Of a DNA stretch of 24,062 bases, positions 1-7,548 are shown in pieces. Position 1 is the stretch's first letter. The number at the start of each line of letters is the position of its first letter. Location of the stretch: positions 1 through 24,062 of the forward strand of contig JAZDHK010000025.1 in the NCBI GenBank assembly GCA_043806035.1. Direction: 5' to 3'. The notes beneath the pieces are model-generated. The model searched no databases. It had not been told where the DNA came from and saw nothing but the letters and a program-made list of their open reading frames with translations. The position numbers were made by a program, and so were the translations under genes. This stretch comes from an archaeon (GTDB lineage Archaea > Nanobdellota > Nanobdellia > Woesearchaeales > UBA9642).

Positions 1-88
1 GTGATAACCCTGCAAAGGAGCGGACATTAGGAGGGATTTGTTGTCGATAAATTCTGCGATAGTATCTCGGGCAGTAGTCTTATCCAGT

Positions 89-1204
89 CTAAAGCGTCTC
101 AGATTGTTCAAGCGTTTTCGGAGTCACTATCTGCGTTTTCTTTATGTGCTTGAATGTCTGCTTGATTTCATTGAACGCATCAGCGTCAGCTGTCGTCAAC
201 GACGCCTGGTATGCGTTCTGCTCTTGCACGAAGTCGACCTCTTTCTTTCCCATCCAGTAATAGAGTGACTGGTCCTTGCGCCTCAGGATTTGTGCGACGA
301 TCGACTCGAATAATGATCCTTTGTTCGCCCTTGTGCTAAGAGCGAATGCAAGACCGTTGTCTATGCAGTAGTATTTTGATGCCCTGCCTGCAAGGTATTT
401 TGTCTTGGCAGAATAGGAGAAGAACGGAACTTCGAATATCAGGTATGCGTCTATCATGAAAGAGAGATAACTTTCTGCTGTCCTGCTGTTGATGCCAAGT
501 TCCTTCGCCAATTTGTTTGCGCTCACTTTGAGGCCTGTGTTCGAGAGAATGTATTGTGCCACTGCCTTGAATTGCTGCGTCGGAGCTATCTGGTGCTTCT
601 CGAGAATGTCCCTGAGCAAGATATCGTTGAAGTACTGGACAAGCAGCTGCGTCTTTTTCTCCTCATCTTTCTCCAGAACGACTTCAGGGAATCCCCCGAA
701 CTGCAGGTACTGCTCGATTACGCTACCACCGAAGAGCCTAAATTCCTCAAAATCCAGCGGGAAGATTTCGAAGGTTATGTTCCTTCCCGTCAGCACAGTG
801 CCAAAAGATGGAGATAACAGGGATATGTTTGAGCCACTGATGATAAATTTCTTGTGCGATTTTATGTCGTAGTGCGTCCGCAACCAACTCTCGAACTGGG
901 GAACTTTCTGGATTTCATCAAAGAAGAAGTATTTCGCTTCTTTGTGTGTCTGCAGGATTCTTTCAAGCAATTCCAGCCGTAAGTGTGGGAGCAGCCTGTA
1001 ATCGTCGAAGTTCACGTAAACCGTTTTTTTCAGACGGGCCGCCACCTGTTTGAGAATAGTCGATTTGCCAGAACGCCTGACTCCTTTTATGATGATGATT
1101 TCAGGTCGGGACAGCCATTTTTCTATCTGATCTACATATTTCTTGCGGGGGATGCCTGTTTGTTTGAAGGAGGTTATTGCAGTTGCTCTAATGGTTTCAT
1201 CCAT
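89..1204 (-). CDS. AAA+ ATPase, AAA_14 + DUF4143 family
   Basis: Walker A GVRRSGKS, Walker B FFFDEIQ, ISGS, LTGR, YLQFGGFPEV, KYYCIDNGL, G.LFE and a C-terminal EVDFV, all typical of COG1373-type ATPases. Confidence 0.9.
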   Translation of the reverse strand: MDETIRATAITSFKQTGIPRKKYVDQIEKWLSRPEIIIIKGVRRSGKSTILKQVAARLKKTVYVNFDDYRLLPHLRLELLERILQTHKEAKYFFFDEIQKVPQFESWLRTHYDIKSHKKFIISGSNISLLSPSFGTVLTGRNITFEIFPLDFEEFRLFGGSVIEQYLQFGGFPEVVLEKDEEKKTQLLVQYFNDILLRDILEKHQIAPTQQFKAVAQYILSNTGLKVSANKLAKELGINSRTAESYLSFMIDAYLIFEVPFFSYSAKTKYLAGRASKYYCIDNGLAFALSTRANKGSLFESIVAQILRRKDQSLYYWMGKKEVDFVQEQNAYQASLTTADADAFNEIKQTFKHIKKTQIVTPKTLEQSETL

Positions 1205-1226
1205 GCGTATACGTAGATGTTGCTTA

Positions 1227-1239
1227 TTTATAAACGTTT
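1227..1239 (-). promoter_or_regulatory. BRE/TATA promoter of the AAA ATPase
   Basis: Minus strand reads AAACGTTTATAAA, ending 22 nt before the ATG at 1204. It matches the other promoters in the window. Confidence 0.6.
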
Positions 1240-1243
1240 GTAT

Positions 1244-1315
1244 TGCAATACAATCTTATTTAAATAGTCGTGGAGTCCTCTCCGAGCGATGCCACCGACA
1301 CCCGTCGGACGAACT
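1244..1315 (+). repeat. Degenerate direct repeat, copy 1
   Basis: TGCAATACAA (1244-1253), then GAGTCCTCTCCGAGCGATGCCACCGACACCCGTCGGACGAACT (1273-1315). Positions 1273-1311 match 2810-2848 at 28 of 39 positions without gaps. Confidence 0.7.
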
Positions 1316-1322
1316 GCGCCAA

Positions 1323-1339
1323 TTGCCAAAATTTGGCAA
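1323..1339. promoter_or_regulatory. Perfect inverted repeat, candidate operator upstream of abiE
   Basis: TTGCCAAA-A-TTTGGCAA, about 50 nt upstream of the TATA-like AACATTTAAATA (1386-1397). Confidence 0.4.
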
Positions 1340-1437
1340 GATTGTGCCAATACTCGCAGACTGTAAAGCCGTTGCTGAAAACCACAACATTTAAATATGT
1401 GTAACATTATTTACAGCATTATGATGTTTTTGGTGTT

Positions 1438-1941
1438 ATGGTGAAAGGGCTGTCGGATAAGGAAATGGAAATAGTGGCATTTCTTGAATTTGAGCAGAAG
1501 TATTTCTTCACAAAAAAGGACATTGAAAAATTCTTTACGACAAAAAACCAGCTGCGTCATACAATATACAAACTGCTCAAGAAAGACAGAATTATATCCC
1601 TCAACAAGAGCAAATACTATCTCATTCCTGTGAAAGCTAAGACGGGCAAATGGTATGAAAACTCATTCATCATGGCAGATGAAGTAATGAACGGAAAGAA
1701 CTATTGCATAGGCGGCTGGGCAGCGGCGCATTATTGGCGCCTCACAGAGCAAGTGCCCATGAAAATAGAAGTATATACCACAAAAAGACAAGGGACAAAA
1801 AAATTCCTCACAACAACAATCCTCTTCAAAAGAACAACCCCAAAGCATCTACAACAGACCATAAAGCAAGAGCTCAACTATCACACCTTCATGATTCTTA
1901 ACAAAGAAGAGTCCAGAAAATGGCTGAAATCACGAACATAA
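1438..1941 (+). CDS. abiEi: Type IV TA antitoxin, AbiEi family (winged HTH + C-terminal domain)
   Basis: N-terminal wHTH (KLLKKDRIISLNKSKYY) and YCIGGWAAAHYWRLTEQVP motif. It overlaps the downstream nucleotidyltransferase by 22 nt. Confidence 0.8.
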   Translation: MVKGLSDKEMEIVAFLEFEQKYFFTKKDIEKFFTTKNQLRHTIYKLLKKDRIISLNKSKYYLIPVKAKTGKWYENSFIMADEVMNGKNYCIGGWAAAHYWRLTEQVPMKIEVYTTKRQGTKKFLTTTILFKRTTPKHLQQTIKQELNYHTFMILNKEESRKWLKSRT

Positions 1942-2705
1942 GAAAAAAAGATTTTGAAACAATAATAGCAGAGCGAGGCTTTGAAGAACAGCTTACCGTC
2001 AAGGACTATTACATCACTATACTGTTGTATCTTCTCAAGGATGCCAAGGGCATCTATTTCAAGGGGGGGACGGCGCTCAACAAGATCCTACTCGAGCATG
2101 CAAGAATCAGTGAGGACATTGACTTCACGCTTGAGAGACCGCTCTCGGAGATAAGAAAGGAAATCACCAAAGCAGTGAACACCTCAAGAATATTCGGGAA
2201 AATCACTCAGGACAAAGACGTCGACAAATTCGTAAGGCTCATAGTCCCTTACGATACCGAACTTGGGAAAGGAGAAATATTCCTCGATCTCAACGAGCGA
2301 GGAAAGCTGCTCACCAAGCCAGAAAAGCTCGAGATAAAACATTTCTACACCAACATTCCGACGTTTTCCACATTCTGCCTCTCAAAAGAGGAAATAATTG
2401 CTGAAAAGATGGCAGCAACTATCGGCCGGAACAAGCCAAGAGACCACTACGACCTCTACCAGATAATAAAGAGAAAAATCCCGATAAACCTCAAACTCGT
2501 CGAGCAGAAATGCAAACAATCAGGAGACGAATTTAGCATCATCAAAATGTTCAACCAAGCGCAAAAACTCCACAAACGATGGAAAGAAGACCTCGAACCC
2601 CTCATTATTGAAGACGTCACCTTCCAAGAAGTAATGCAAACACTCGCCAAACACTTCAAGCTCATAGAAGCCAAGGATGCAAAAAAGGACCACATCAAGA
2701 ACTAA
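1920..2705 (+). CDS. abiEii: Type IV TA toxin, AbiEii/AbiGii nucleotidyltransferase
   Basis: Motifs KDY, FKGGTAL, RISEDIDF, AEKMAA and PRDHYDLY. Confidence 0.92.
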   Translation: MAEITNIRKKDFETIIAERGFEEQLTVKDYYITILLYLLKDAKGIYFKGGTALNKILLEHARISEDIDFTLERPLSEIRKEITKAVNTSRIFGKITQDKDVDKFVRLIVPYDTELGKGEIFLDLNERGKLLTKPEKLEIKHFYTNIPTFSTFCLSKEEIIAEKMAATIGRNKPRDHYDLYQIIKRKIPINLKLVEQKCKQSGDEFSIIKMFNQAQKLHKRWKEDLEPLIIEDVTFQEVMQTLAKHFKLIEAKDAKKDHIKN

Positions 2706-2794
2706 TGGTATCTCATTATCGGAGATAGCATAATTAACTGCCACCGCTAATTACCTGATTATGCAAAACTCGTATGATCACAATATACCAATGT

Positions 2795-2853
2795 TGCGAT
2801 ACAAACGTTGAGTCCTTCACGAGCGGTGGCACCATCCACCGCCGGGCGGGGCT
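2795..2853 (+). repeat. Degenerate direct repeat, copy 2 (contains a GC-rich hairpin)
   Basis: TGCGATACAAACGTTGAGTCCTTCACGAGCGGTGGCACCATCCACCGCCGGGCGGGGCT, with internal stem GCGGTGG-CACCAT-CCACCGC. Confidence 0.7.
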
Positions 2854-2921
2854 ATTGGTTATTATGTTCTTTCCAGGGGTCTACCGATTTGCCGTCTGCT
2901 GTTTTTCAGATTTCTCCTCTG

Positions 2922-2975
2922 AAACATTTATATATTAAAACATAATTATTTGTTATGTTTTGTAACAAAAGGTGA
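2922..2975 (+). promoter_or_regulatory. Promoter/operator and SD of the DUF2683-RelE operon
   Basis: BRE/TATA AAACATTTATATA (2922-2934), perfect inverted repeat AAAACATAA-N7-TTATGTTTT (2937-2961) and SD GGTGA (2971-2975). Confidence 0.65.
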
Positions 2976-2979
2976 TTTT

Positions 2980-3225
2980 ATGGTTCAAGCAATGGTCAAT
3001 ATTGGAGAGCATGAAGATAGGATACTTTCTATTGTGAAAGGTAAATTCGGTTTTAAAAACAAGTCTGACGCAGTGAACTTTGTTATTTCCCGTTTCGAGG
3101 AAGAGCTTTTAGAGCCTGAACTCAGACCTGAATTCGTACAGAAAATACAGAAACTAGATAGGCAAGGTAAGTTCACTATGTATAAGACTACATCTGCCTT
3201 GAGAAAAGAGATTGAACATGCGTGA
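2980..3225 (+). CDS. DUF2683-family antitoxin
   Basis: MVQAMVNIGEHEDRILSIVKGKFGFKNKSDAV...LEPELRPEF pattern. The ATG at 2980 follows GGTGA, and the gene overlaps the toxin start. Confidence 0.8.
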   Translation: MVQAMVNIGEHEDRILSIVKGKFGFKNKSDAVNFVISRFEEELLEPELRPEFVQKIQKLDRQGKFTMYKTTSALRKEIEHA

Positions 3226-3497
3226 CTTCGGCATAGAAGATGGATTGAAAAAAATGTTAGCAAGACTGTATAAGAAAGACAGGGTAACATATGAGATCAT
3301 CATGAAAAAGATAGAGGAGATTCTCTCCTGCAAAGATATCAATCATTATAAAAATCTCAGAAGCCCGCTCCAGGAGTTCAAACGCATTCACGTACGAGGT
3401 CCGTTCATTCTCACATTCAAATACCTGGTTTCAGACGATAAAGTTTTTTTTCTACGATTTCGACCATCATGATTACATCTATACCAAAAGCACATGA
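3218..3497 (+). pseudogene. relE: RelE/YafQ-superfamily toxin, frameshifted at a T8 tract (as given it stops at 3472)
   Basis: HYKNLRSPLQEFKRIHV..FILTF core. Removing one T from 3444-3451 gives DKVFFYDFDHHDYIYTKST* (stop 3495-3497), the typical HHD-type C-terminus. Confidence 0.8.
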
Positions 3498-3518
3498 TGT
3501 AGTACATTATCACGACGG

Positions 3519-3571
3519 TGTAATACAAAAAGAAGTCCTTTGTGGCGGGTGGCACCGATCAACAGCGAACT
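3519..3571 (+). repeat. Degenerate direct repeat, copy 3
   Basis: TGTAATACAAAAAGAAGTCCTTTGTGGCGGGTGGCACCGATCAACAGCGAACT. AGTCCTT and GGTGGCACC have the same spacing as in copy 2, and CACCGA and CGAACT match copy 1. Confidence 0.65.
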
Positions 3572-4373
3572 ATGCGTTGTGCAATCCTTTCGGTGCGGCT
3601 GTTTTGGTGAAATCGCGGCTTTTCGTCTCGTTGAGTCGGGTGAACAGCTGTTCCCTCACGGAAGCATGGCAGAGCTGTGCCTCGAGCAGCGTGCTCATGT
3701 CTCTGATGAACACGTCTCGGTCTTTGAAAAAAAGAGTGCGGTGCTTCTCGAAATCCTTCCGTTCCTTCTCGAGTGTTTTCACGTCTTTCTCGAATTGTGT
3801 GATGTTCTTCCTGATCAAGCACTCTTTCTGTTCGAGTAGTCGCTGTTTTTCCTTCAGCTTCTGTTGCCGTGTCGTGATGTGTTCCCTGCTGCGCTGCACG
3901 TCTGTCTTTTCTTGCTGCAGCAATGCTTTTTCCCGTTCGAGGGACAGTTGCTGCTTGTCCATTGTGGTTTTGGCGTTCTGTATGTTCTGCTCTTGCTGAT
4001 CTATTTCTTTCTTCAGCGCACGATACTGCTGCATCTCTTCGAGTTTGGCGTTCAGTATCTTGATGTCTTGTTTTACTTCTTGCTCCAGGCGGACGATATC
4101 GTCCTGGTTCGGGACGCTTGCGTTTACTGCTCTGATGAGCGCGCGGCCCAGAGACTCTTTCTTGTGGAAGTAGGCAATGCTGAGTAGGTGTGTATCTCTG
4201 AGCGTGAGTCTTGTGCATACCAGTCCTTGCTCTTCGAGCGATTCGCACCAGTGACGCAGTATGTGCAAGGGCACGTTTAGTTCTGTTGACGCCTTGCTCA
4301 AGGAAATCTCTTCATGGGTATTCACGAGATTCAGCAGCTTGTCCACGCCGGTTACTATTGTTTGTTGTTCCAT
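3570..4373 (-). CDS. Hypothetical protein: N-terminal winged-helix-like domain + long coiled coil
   Basis: TGVDKLLNLV...ISLSKASTELNVP...WCESLEEQGLV followed by E/K/Q-rich heptads. ATG at 4373, with an alternative GTG at 4382. Confidence 0.75.
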   Translation of the reverse strand: MEQQTIVTGVDKLLNLVNTHEEISLSKASTELNVPLHILRHWCESLEEQGLVCTRLTLRDTHLLSIAYFHKKESLGRALIRAVNASVPNQDDIVRLEQEVKQDIKILNAKLEEMQQYRALKKEIDQQEQNIQNAKTTMDKQQLSLEREKALLQQEKTDVQRSREHITTRQQKLKEKQRLLEQKECLIRKNITQFEKDVKTLEKERKDFEKHRTLFFKDRDVFIRDMSTLLEAQLCHASVREQLFTRLNETKSRDFTKTAAPKGLHNA

Positions 4374-4428
4374 GTGCTTCACGTGTTGCAGTAGCGAGCA
4401 GTGTTCTGCACGGCTACCGTTGTTCGTT

Positions 4429-4944
4429 TCATTTTTTTCTTAGGATGACAAGTCCTCCTGTCGTGATGACGATTGCTGCGCCGATGGCTATGGGTGAGAA
4501 TTCGGGAACGCCGTTGCCGCCGCCGTTGCCGCCGCCATTGTTTCCGTTGTTGTGGTTGCAGAACGTTATGTGGCTTATGTCTTTTCTGCTGCTAACCTCA
4601 CCTGATGCGCTGCCTGCATATTCTATTCGCTCATTGCCTGCCTTGACGAGGACTGACGTCACGTCAGGGGTGGATGTCCAATTTGCGGCATTCAGGCCTC
4701 CCGTCACGTCGATGTCGAAATAGTCGTACGTAGGGTTTGCTTCATCAACTACGTAGTCTCCTTCACTACTGTCGTATGACCATTTTTCTATTGCTTGGTA
4801 TTGTGCGTCGTTGTAGAAATTCTGGCATTCGCAATTGAATCCTTCGTTGCCGCAATCGCTTGGTGTTGCGATGCCCACGTGTGTTAGTGCAGCGAATGTG
4901 CCCAGTGCAAACAAAGCCAATATCATGTATTTTAGTACGTTCAT
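4429..4944 (-). CDS. Secreted surface protein with PEF-CTERM sorting signal
   Basis: Signal peptide, acidic Cys-containing domain, G/N linker, then VPEF + hydrophobic helix + RKK at the C-terminus. Confidence 0.85.
   Translation of the reverse strand: MNVLKYMILALFALGTFAALTHVGIATPSDCGNEGFNCECQNFYNDAQYQAIEKWSYDSSEGDYVVDEANPTYDYFDIDVTGGLNAANWTSTPDVTSVLVKAGNERIEYAGSASGEVSSRKDISHITFCNHNNGNNGGGNGGGNGVPEFSPIAIGAAIVITTGGLVILRKK
4510..4540 (+). repeat. 12-bp tandem repeat (about 2.5 units) encoding the NGGG linker
   Basis: GCCGTTGCCGCC x2 followed by GCCATTG. Confidence 0.8.
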
Positions 4945-5100
4945 ACGTGTGCCCCAGTGTAACTACTTGTCAATGGGATTCTTTTCTTTTTTAAATACTT
5001 TTTCATTTACGCTGCCTGTTGAAGACTCACGCGTGCCGTGTCCAGCAGTTTCAGCGTCGATAAAGTGTGCGGAAACCACATTATACCACTAAGAAGTGGC

Positions 5101-5113
5101 AAACATTTATAAA
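5101..5113 (+). promoter_or_regulatory. BRE/TATA promoter
   Basis: AAACATTTATAAA lies 22 nt before the ATG at 5136. Similar elements occur at 6360-6371, 12671-12681 and 14410-14420. Confidence 0.65.
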
Positions 5114-5135
5114 TGGGGTGGTATTCTCCTGGCAC

Positions 5136-6347
5136 ATGGCACCATCTCGCAAACGAAGATTTCCTCTTGGTAAGCTGCTCTTCCTTACTGCAGCAGCGGG
5201 CGCAGCAACGTATTGGGGCTTGCCAAAAATAACCAACCATGCAGTGCAATGCAAGGTAAATGCAAATGCAACGGTAAGCGTTGTGGCATACGAGCGCATG
5301 AACGTTAATCTTTCCCTAGAAGATCCTCTTGATATCTTCAATGAGCCATTCCGTAAGGACAGAACCGTGTATGTTGATGATAGTTGCAAACGCATCTATG
5401 TTGATAAGCATGCGGATAGGACGTTGGACAAGGTCATCTACGTGCTTGCTAGCAGGGATAGTGTGGTGCAAAAGCAAGGCCCGTGGGATGCGAAGCAGTG
5501 GTTTGTGCACGAACAAGCGTACACGCACATGCTTGACATACTCGATGAAAAGGCAGTGCTCGACACCCTGCCAGCAAAACACAACACCATCATTGCAGAC
5601 ACGTTGCCAGCGAACCCACAACCAGAAACTCCCGTGCAAGATACTCTCCCCTCACTGGATGCAACCACAGATACAACCGCAGGCAGGGTAGCAGGCAGTG
5701 CGATGCTCGATGCCTCACGAGAACAGTTCGAGTGGACATACGAGGGAAAGAAATTTGTCATTACCGTTCCTACAGATACTGTCCTACTTGCCGCGTTCAC
5801 CGACGTTTCTCAAGAAGTTCGCCTGAAGATGAATCTAGAGGATTTCATTTATGAGGCGAGAGATGACACTCTCCTCGAACGGCTCAGCGCAACAGTAAAG
5901 ACTGATGCCGCACGTACGGGCTTGAGCGACATTCGTTTGGCACTGTCCTTCGTCCAATCCATACCCTATAAGAGTGATGATGTCATGACGAACAACAAAG
6001 AATACATTCAGTACCCGTATGAAACGCTGATGAAGTACTGGGGTGATTGTGAAGATAAAAGCATCCTTTTTGCCGAACTCGCACGAAAGCTCGGCTATGA
6101 CTGCTGCCTTTTTGAGATTCGAGGAAATCCAGGGCACATCTCCGTTGGCATTGTTCTTCCTGAAGAAATAGCAGGAGACTACGTTCCTTTTAATGGTCTG
6201 AAATACTATTATGCGGAAACGACCGTCGAGGGCCTGCAGCTCGGTGATGTTCCTCAAGAAATGCAAGGCGTTAACCACAGCGTTATTCCCATACGCCAGC
6301 ATGTGCCAAGAACTGCGCAATATGTAGGGAAACAATCTTGCTCATAG
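5136..6347 (+). CDS. Membrane-anchored transglutaminase-like (Cys protease fold) protein
   Basis: Basic N-terminus and TM segment, P/T-rich linker, then FVQSIPY, YPYETL, GDCEDKS, GHISVG and YYYAETT. Start placed from TATA spacing. Confidence 0.85.
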   Translation: MAPSRKRRFPLGKLLFLTAAAGAATYWGLPKITNHAVQCKVNANATVSVVAYERMNVNLSLEDPLDIFNEPFRKDRTVYVDDSCKRIYVDKHADRTLDKVIYVLASRDSVVQKQGPWDAKQWFVHEQAYTHMLDILDEKAVLDTLPAKHNTIIADTLPANPQPETPVQDTLPSLDATTDTTAGRVAGSAMLDASREQFEWTYEGKKFVITVPTDTVLLAAFTDVSQEVRLKMNLEDFIYEARDDTLLERLSATVKTDAARTGLSDIRLALSFVQSIPYKSDDVMTNNKEYIQYPYETLMKYWGDCEDKSILFAELARKLGYDCCLFEIRGNPGHISVGIVLPEEIAGDYVPFNGLKYYYAETTVEGLQLGDVPQEMQGVNHSVIPIRQHVPRTAQYVGKQSCS

Positions 6348-6393
6348 GCGCGCTGCAACAACATTTTTATAGCCAGGCTGCATCTCGGTGCGT

Positions 6394-7548
6394 ATGGTCC
6401 TCGAGAGTGTCCTGCTGAAATTCCTGCTCATCCTCATAGTTCTTTTCCTCGTTCCCAAACTGCTCTATAGATACACGAAAATTCCCTCGCCCTTGATCGA
6501 GGTGCTGCTCGGCCTGGGATTGGGCATGCTCTTCCCAAAATTCTTTTTTGCTGATGACATGATTCAGGTGTTGGCGACGCTGGGCATCATTACCTTATTT
6601 GTCGTGTCGGGCATGGAGGTAGACACCAAATTCATCCGCAAGAATGGGTTGTTTTTCATCGAAAGCCTTTTCATGCACTTCATCCTGTTCTTTCTCGTAG
6701 GACTGGGGGTGCACGCCTTGTTTGGCTTGCAGTACCAGCTCTCATTCCTCGTGTCTATTGCATTGACGACGCCGAGCGCTAGCTACATCCTCTCGTGGGT
6801 GAAGCACAGCAAGAAGCATGTCAAGTGGATTGAGGCGAAAGCGCTCAGTGCAGAGGTGCTTGGCTTGGCATTGATGGTTATTCTCGTGCGGCTCGACCGA
6901 CCATTGCACTTGTTGCTCGTCTTAAGCGTGCTTGCATTGATCATTTTCCTCCTGCCTGTTGCGTTGCGTTTCCTGTACAGGAAGTTCTTCAGCAAGCTTG
7001 TGGGCACAGAATTCAGCTTCATCTTTGTCGTTGCAATCATCTCTGCGTACCTCACCGAATTCATTGGCATCCATTTTTTGGTAGGGGCGTTTATCGCGGG
7101 AGTTGTTGCTCGTCGATTTGTGCAGAATATTGTCAAGGACAAGGAATATGCGAGCATCTCGCACATCGAAGGCAAGAACATCATCAGCAGCTTCGGTTTT
7201 TTTGCGTTGACGTTCGTGCCGTTCTATTTTTACAGCGTCGGGTTGCACATGGCTTTGGCGGATATGACACTGATTGCGTTTGCTATCGCCGCAGGATTGT
7301 GCATTGTCCTGCTGCTTTTGCGTTCGGGACTTATGTTTCTGCATCGTCGGTTCAGGCTCAAGGAAAGCCCGTTGGCTTCTGCGCGCATCAGCGTTGTGGT
7401 CATGCCGACCTTGGTCTTTACGTTCGTGCTTGCTGAACTGCTCTATTCCCAATTCGGCATCAGCAGCCAGCTCTTCACGGTGCTGATGGTGTACGGCGTC
7501 TTTACGGCAATCTTCAGTCTGGTCTTGGCGAGAAGGGTGCATGCATAA
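6394..7548 (+). CDS. Cation:proton antiporter (CPA2/Na_H_Exchanger family)
   Basis: About 12 hydrophobic segments with LG...LFVVSGMEVD, VGAFIAG and FVPFYFYSVGL. Confidence 0.85.
   Translation: MVLESVLLKFLLILIVLFLVPKLLYRYTKIPSPLIEVLLGLGLGMLFPKFFFADDMIQVLATLGIITLFVVSGMEVDTKFIRKNGLFFIESLFMHFILFFLVGLGVHALFGLQYQLSFLVSIALTTPSASYILSWVKHSKKHVKWIEAKALSAEVLGLALMVILVRLDRPLHLLLVLSVLALIIFLLPVALRFLYRKFFSKLVGTEFSFIFVVAIISAYLTEFIGIHFLVGAFIAGVVARRFVQNIVKDKEYASISHIEGKNIISSFGFFALTFVPFYFYSVGLHMALADMTLIAFAIAAGLCIVLLLLRSGLMFLHRRFRLKESPLASARISVVVMPTLVFTFVLAELLYSQFGISSQLFTVLMVYGVFTAIFSLVLARRVHA

Noticed and set aside
55-81. TGCGATAGTA...AGTCTT as a fourth repeat copy left of the ATPase
   Set aside because: Only partial similarity and no GTGGCACC core, so it is too weak without a profile search.
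2807-2813. GTTGAGT matching the integron attC GTTRRRY core
   Set aside because: There is no matching RYYYAAC arm, and the other two copies lack GTT.
2810-2860. Possible tRNA or tRNA fragment
   Set aside because: No TTCG T-loop, cloverleaf or acceptor stem on either strand.
1244-3571. CRISPR array interpretation of the repeats
   Set aside because: Copies are 0.7-1.5 kb apart and degenerate, and no cas genes are present.
3469-4723. Overlapping ORFs 3469-3999, 3559-4248 and 4211-4723
   Set aside because: Antisense or alternate-frame shadows of the coiled-coil and PEF-CTERM genes, with implausible composition.
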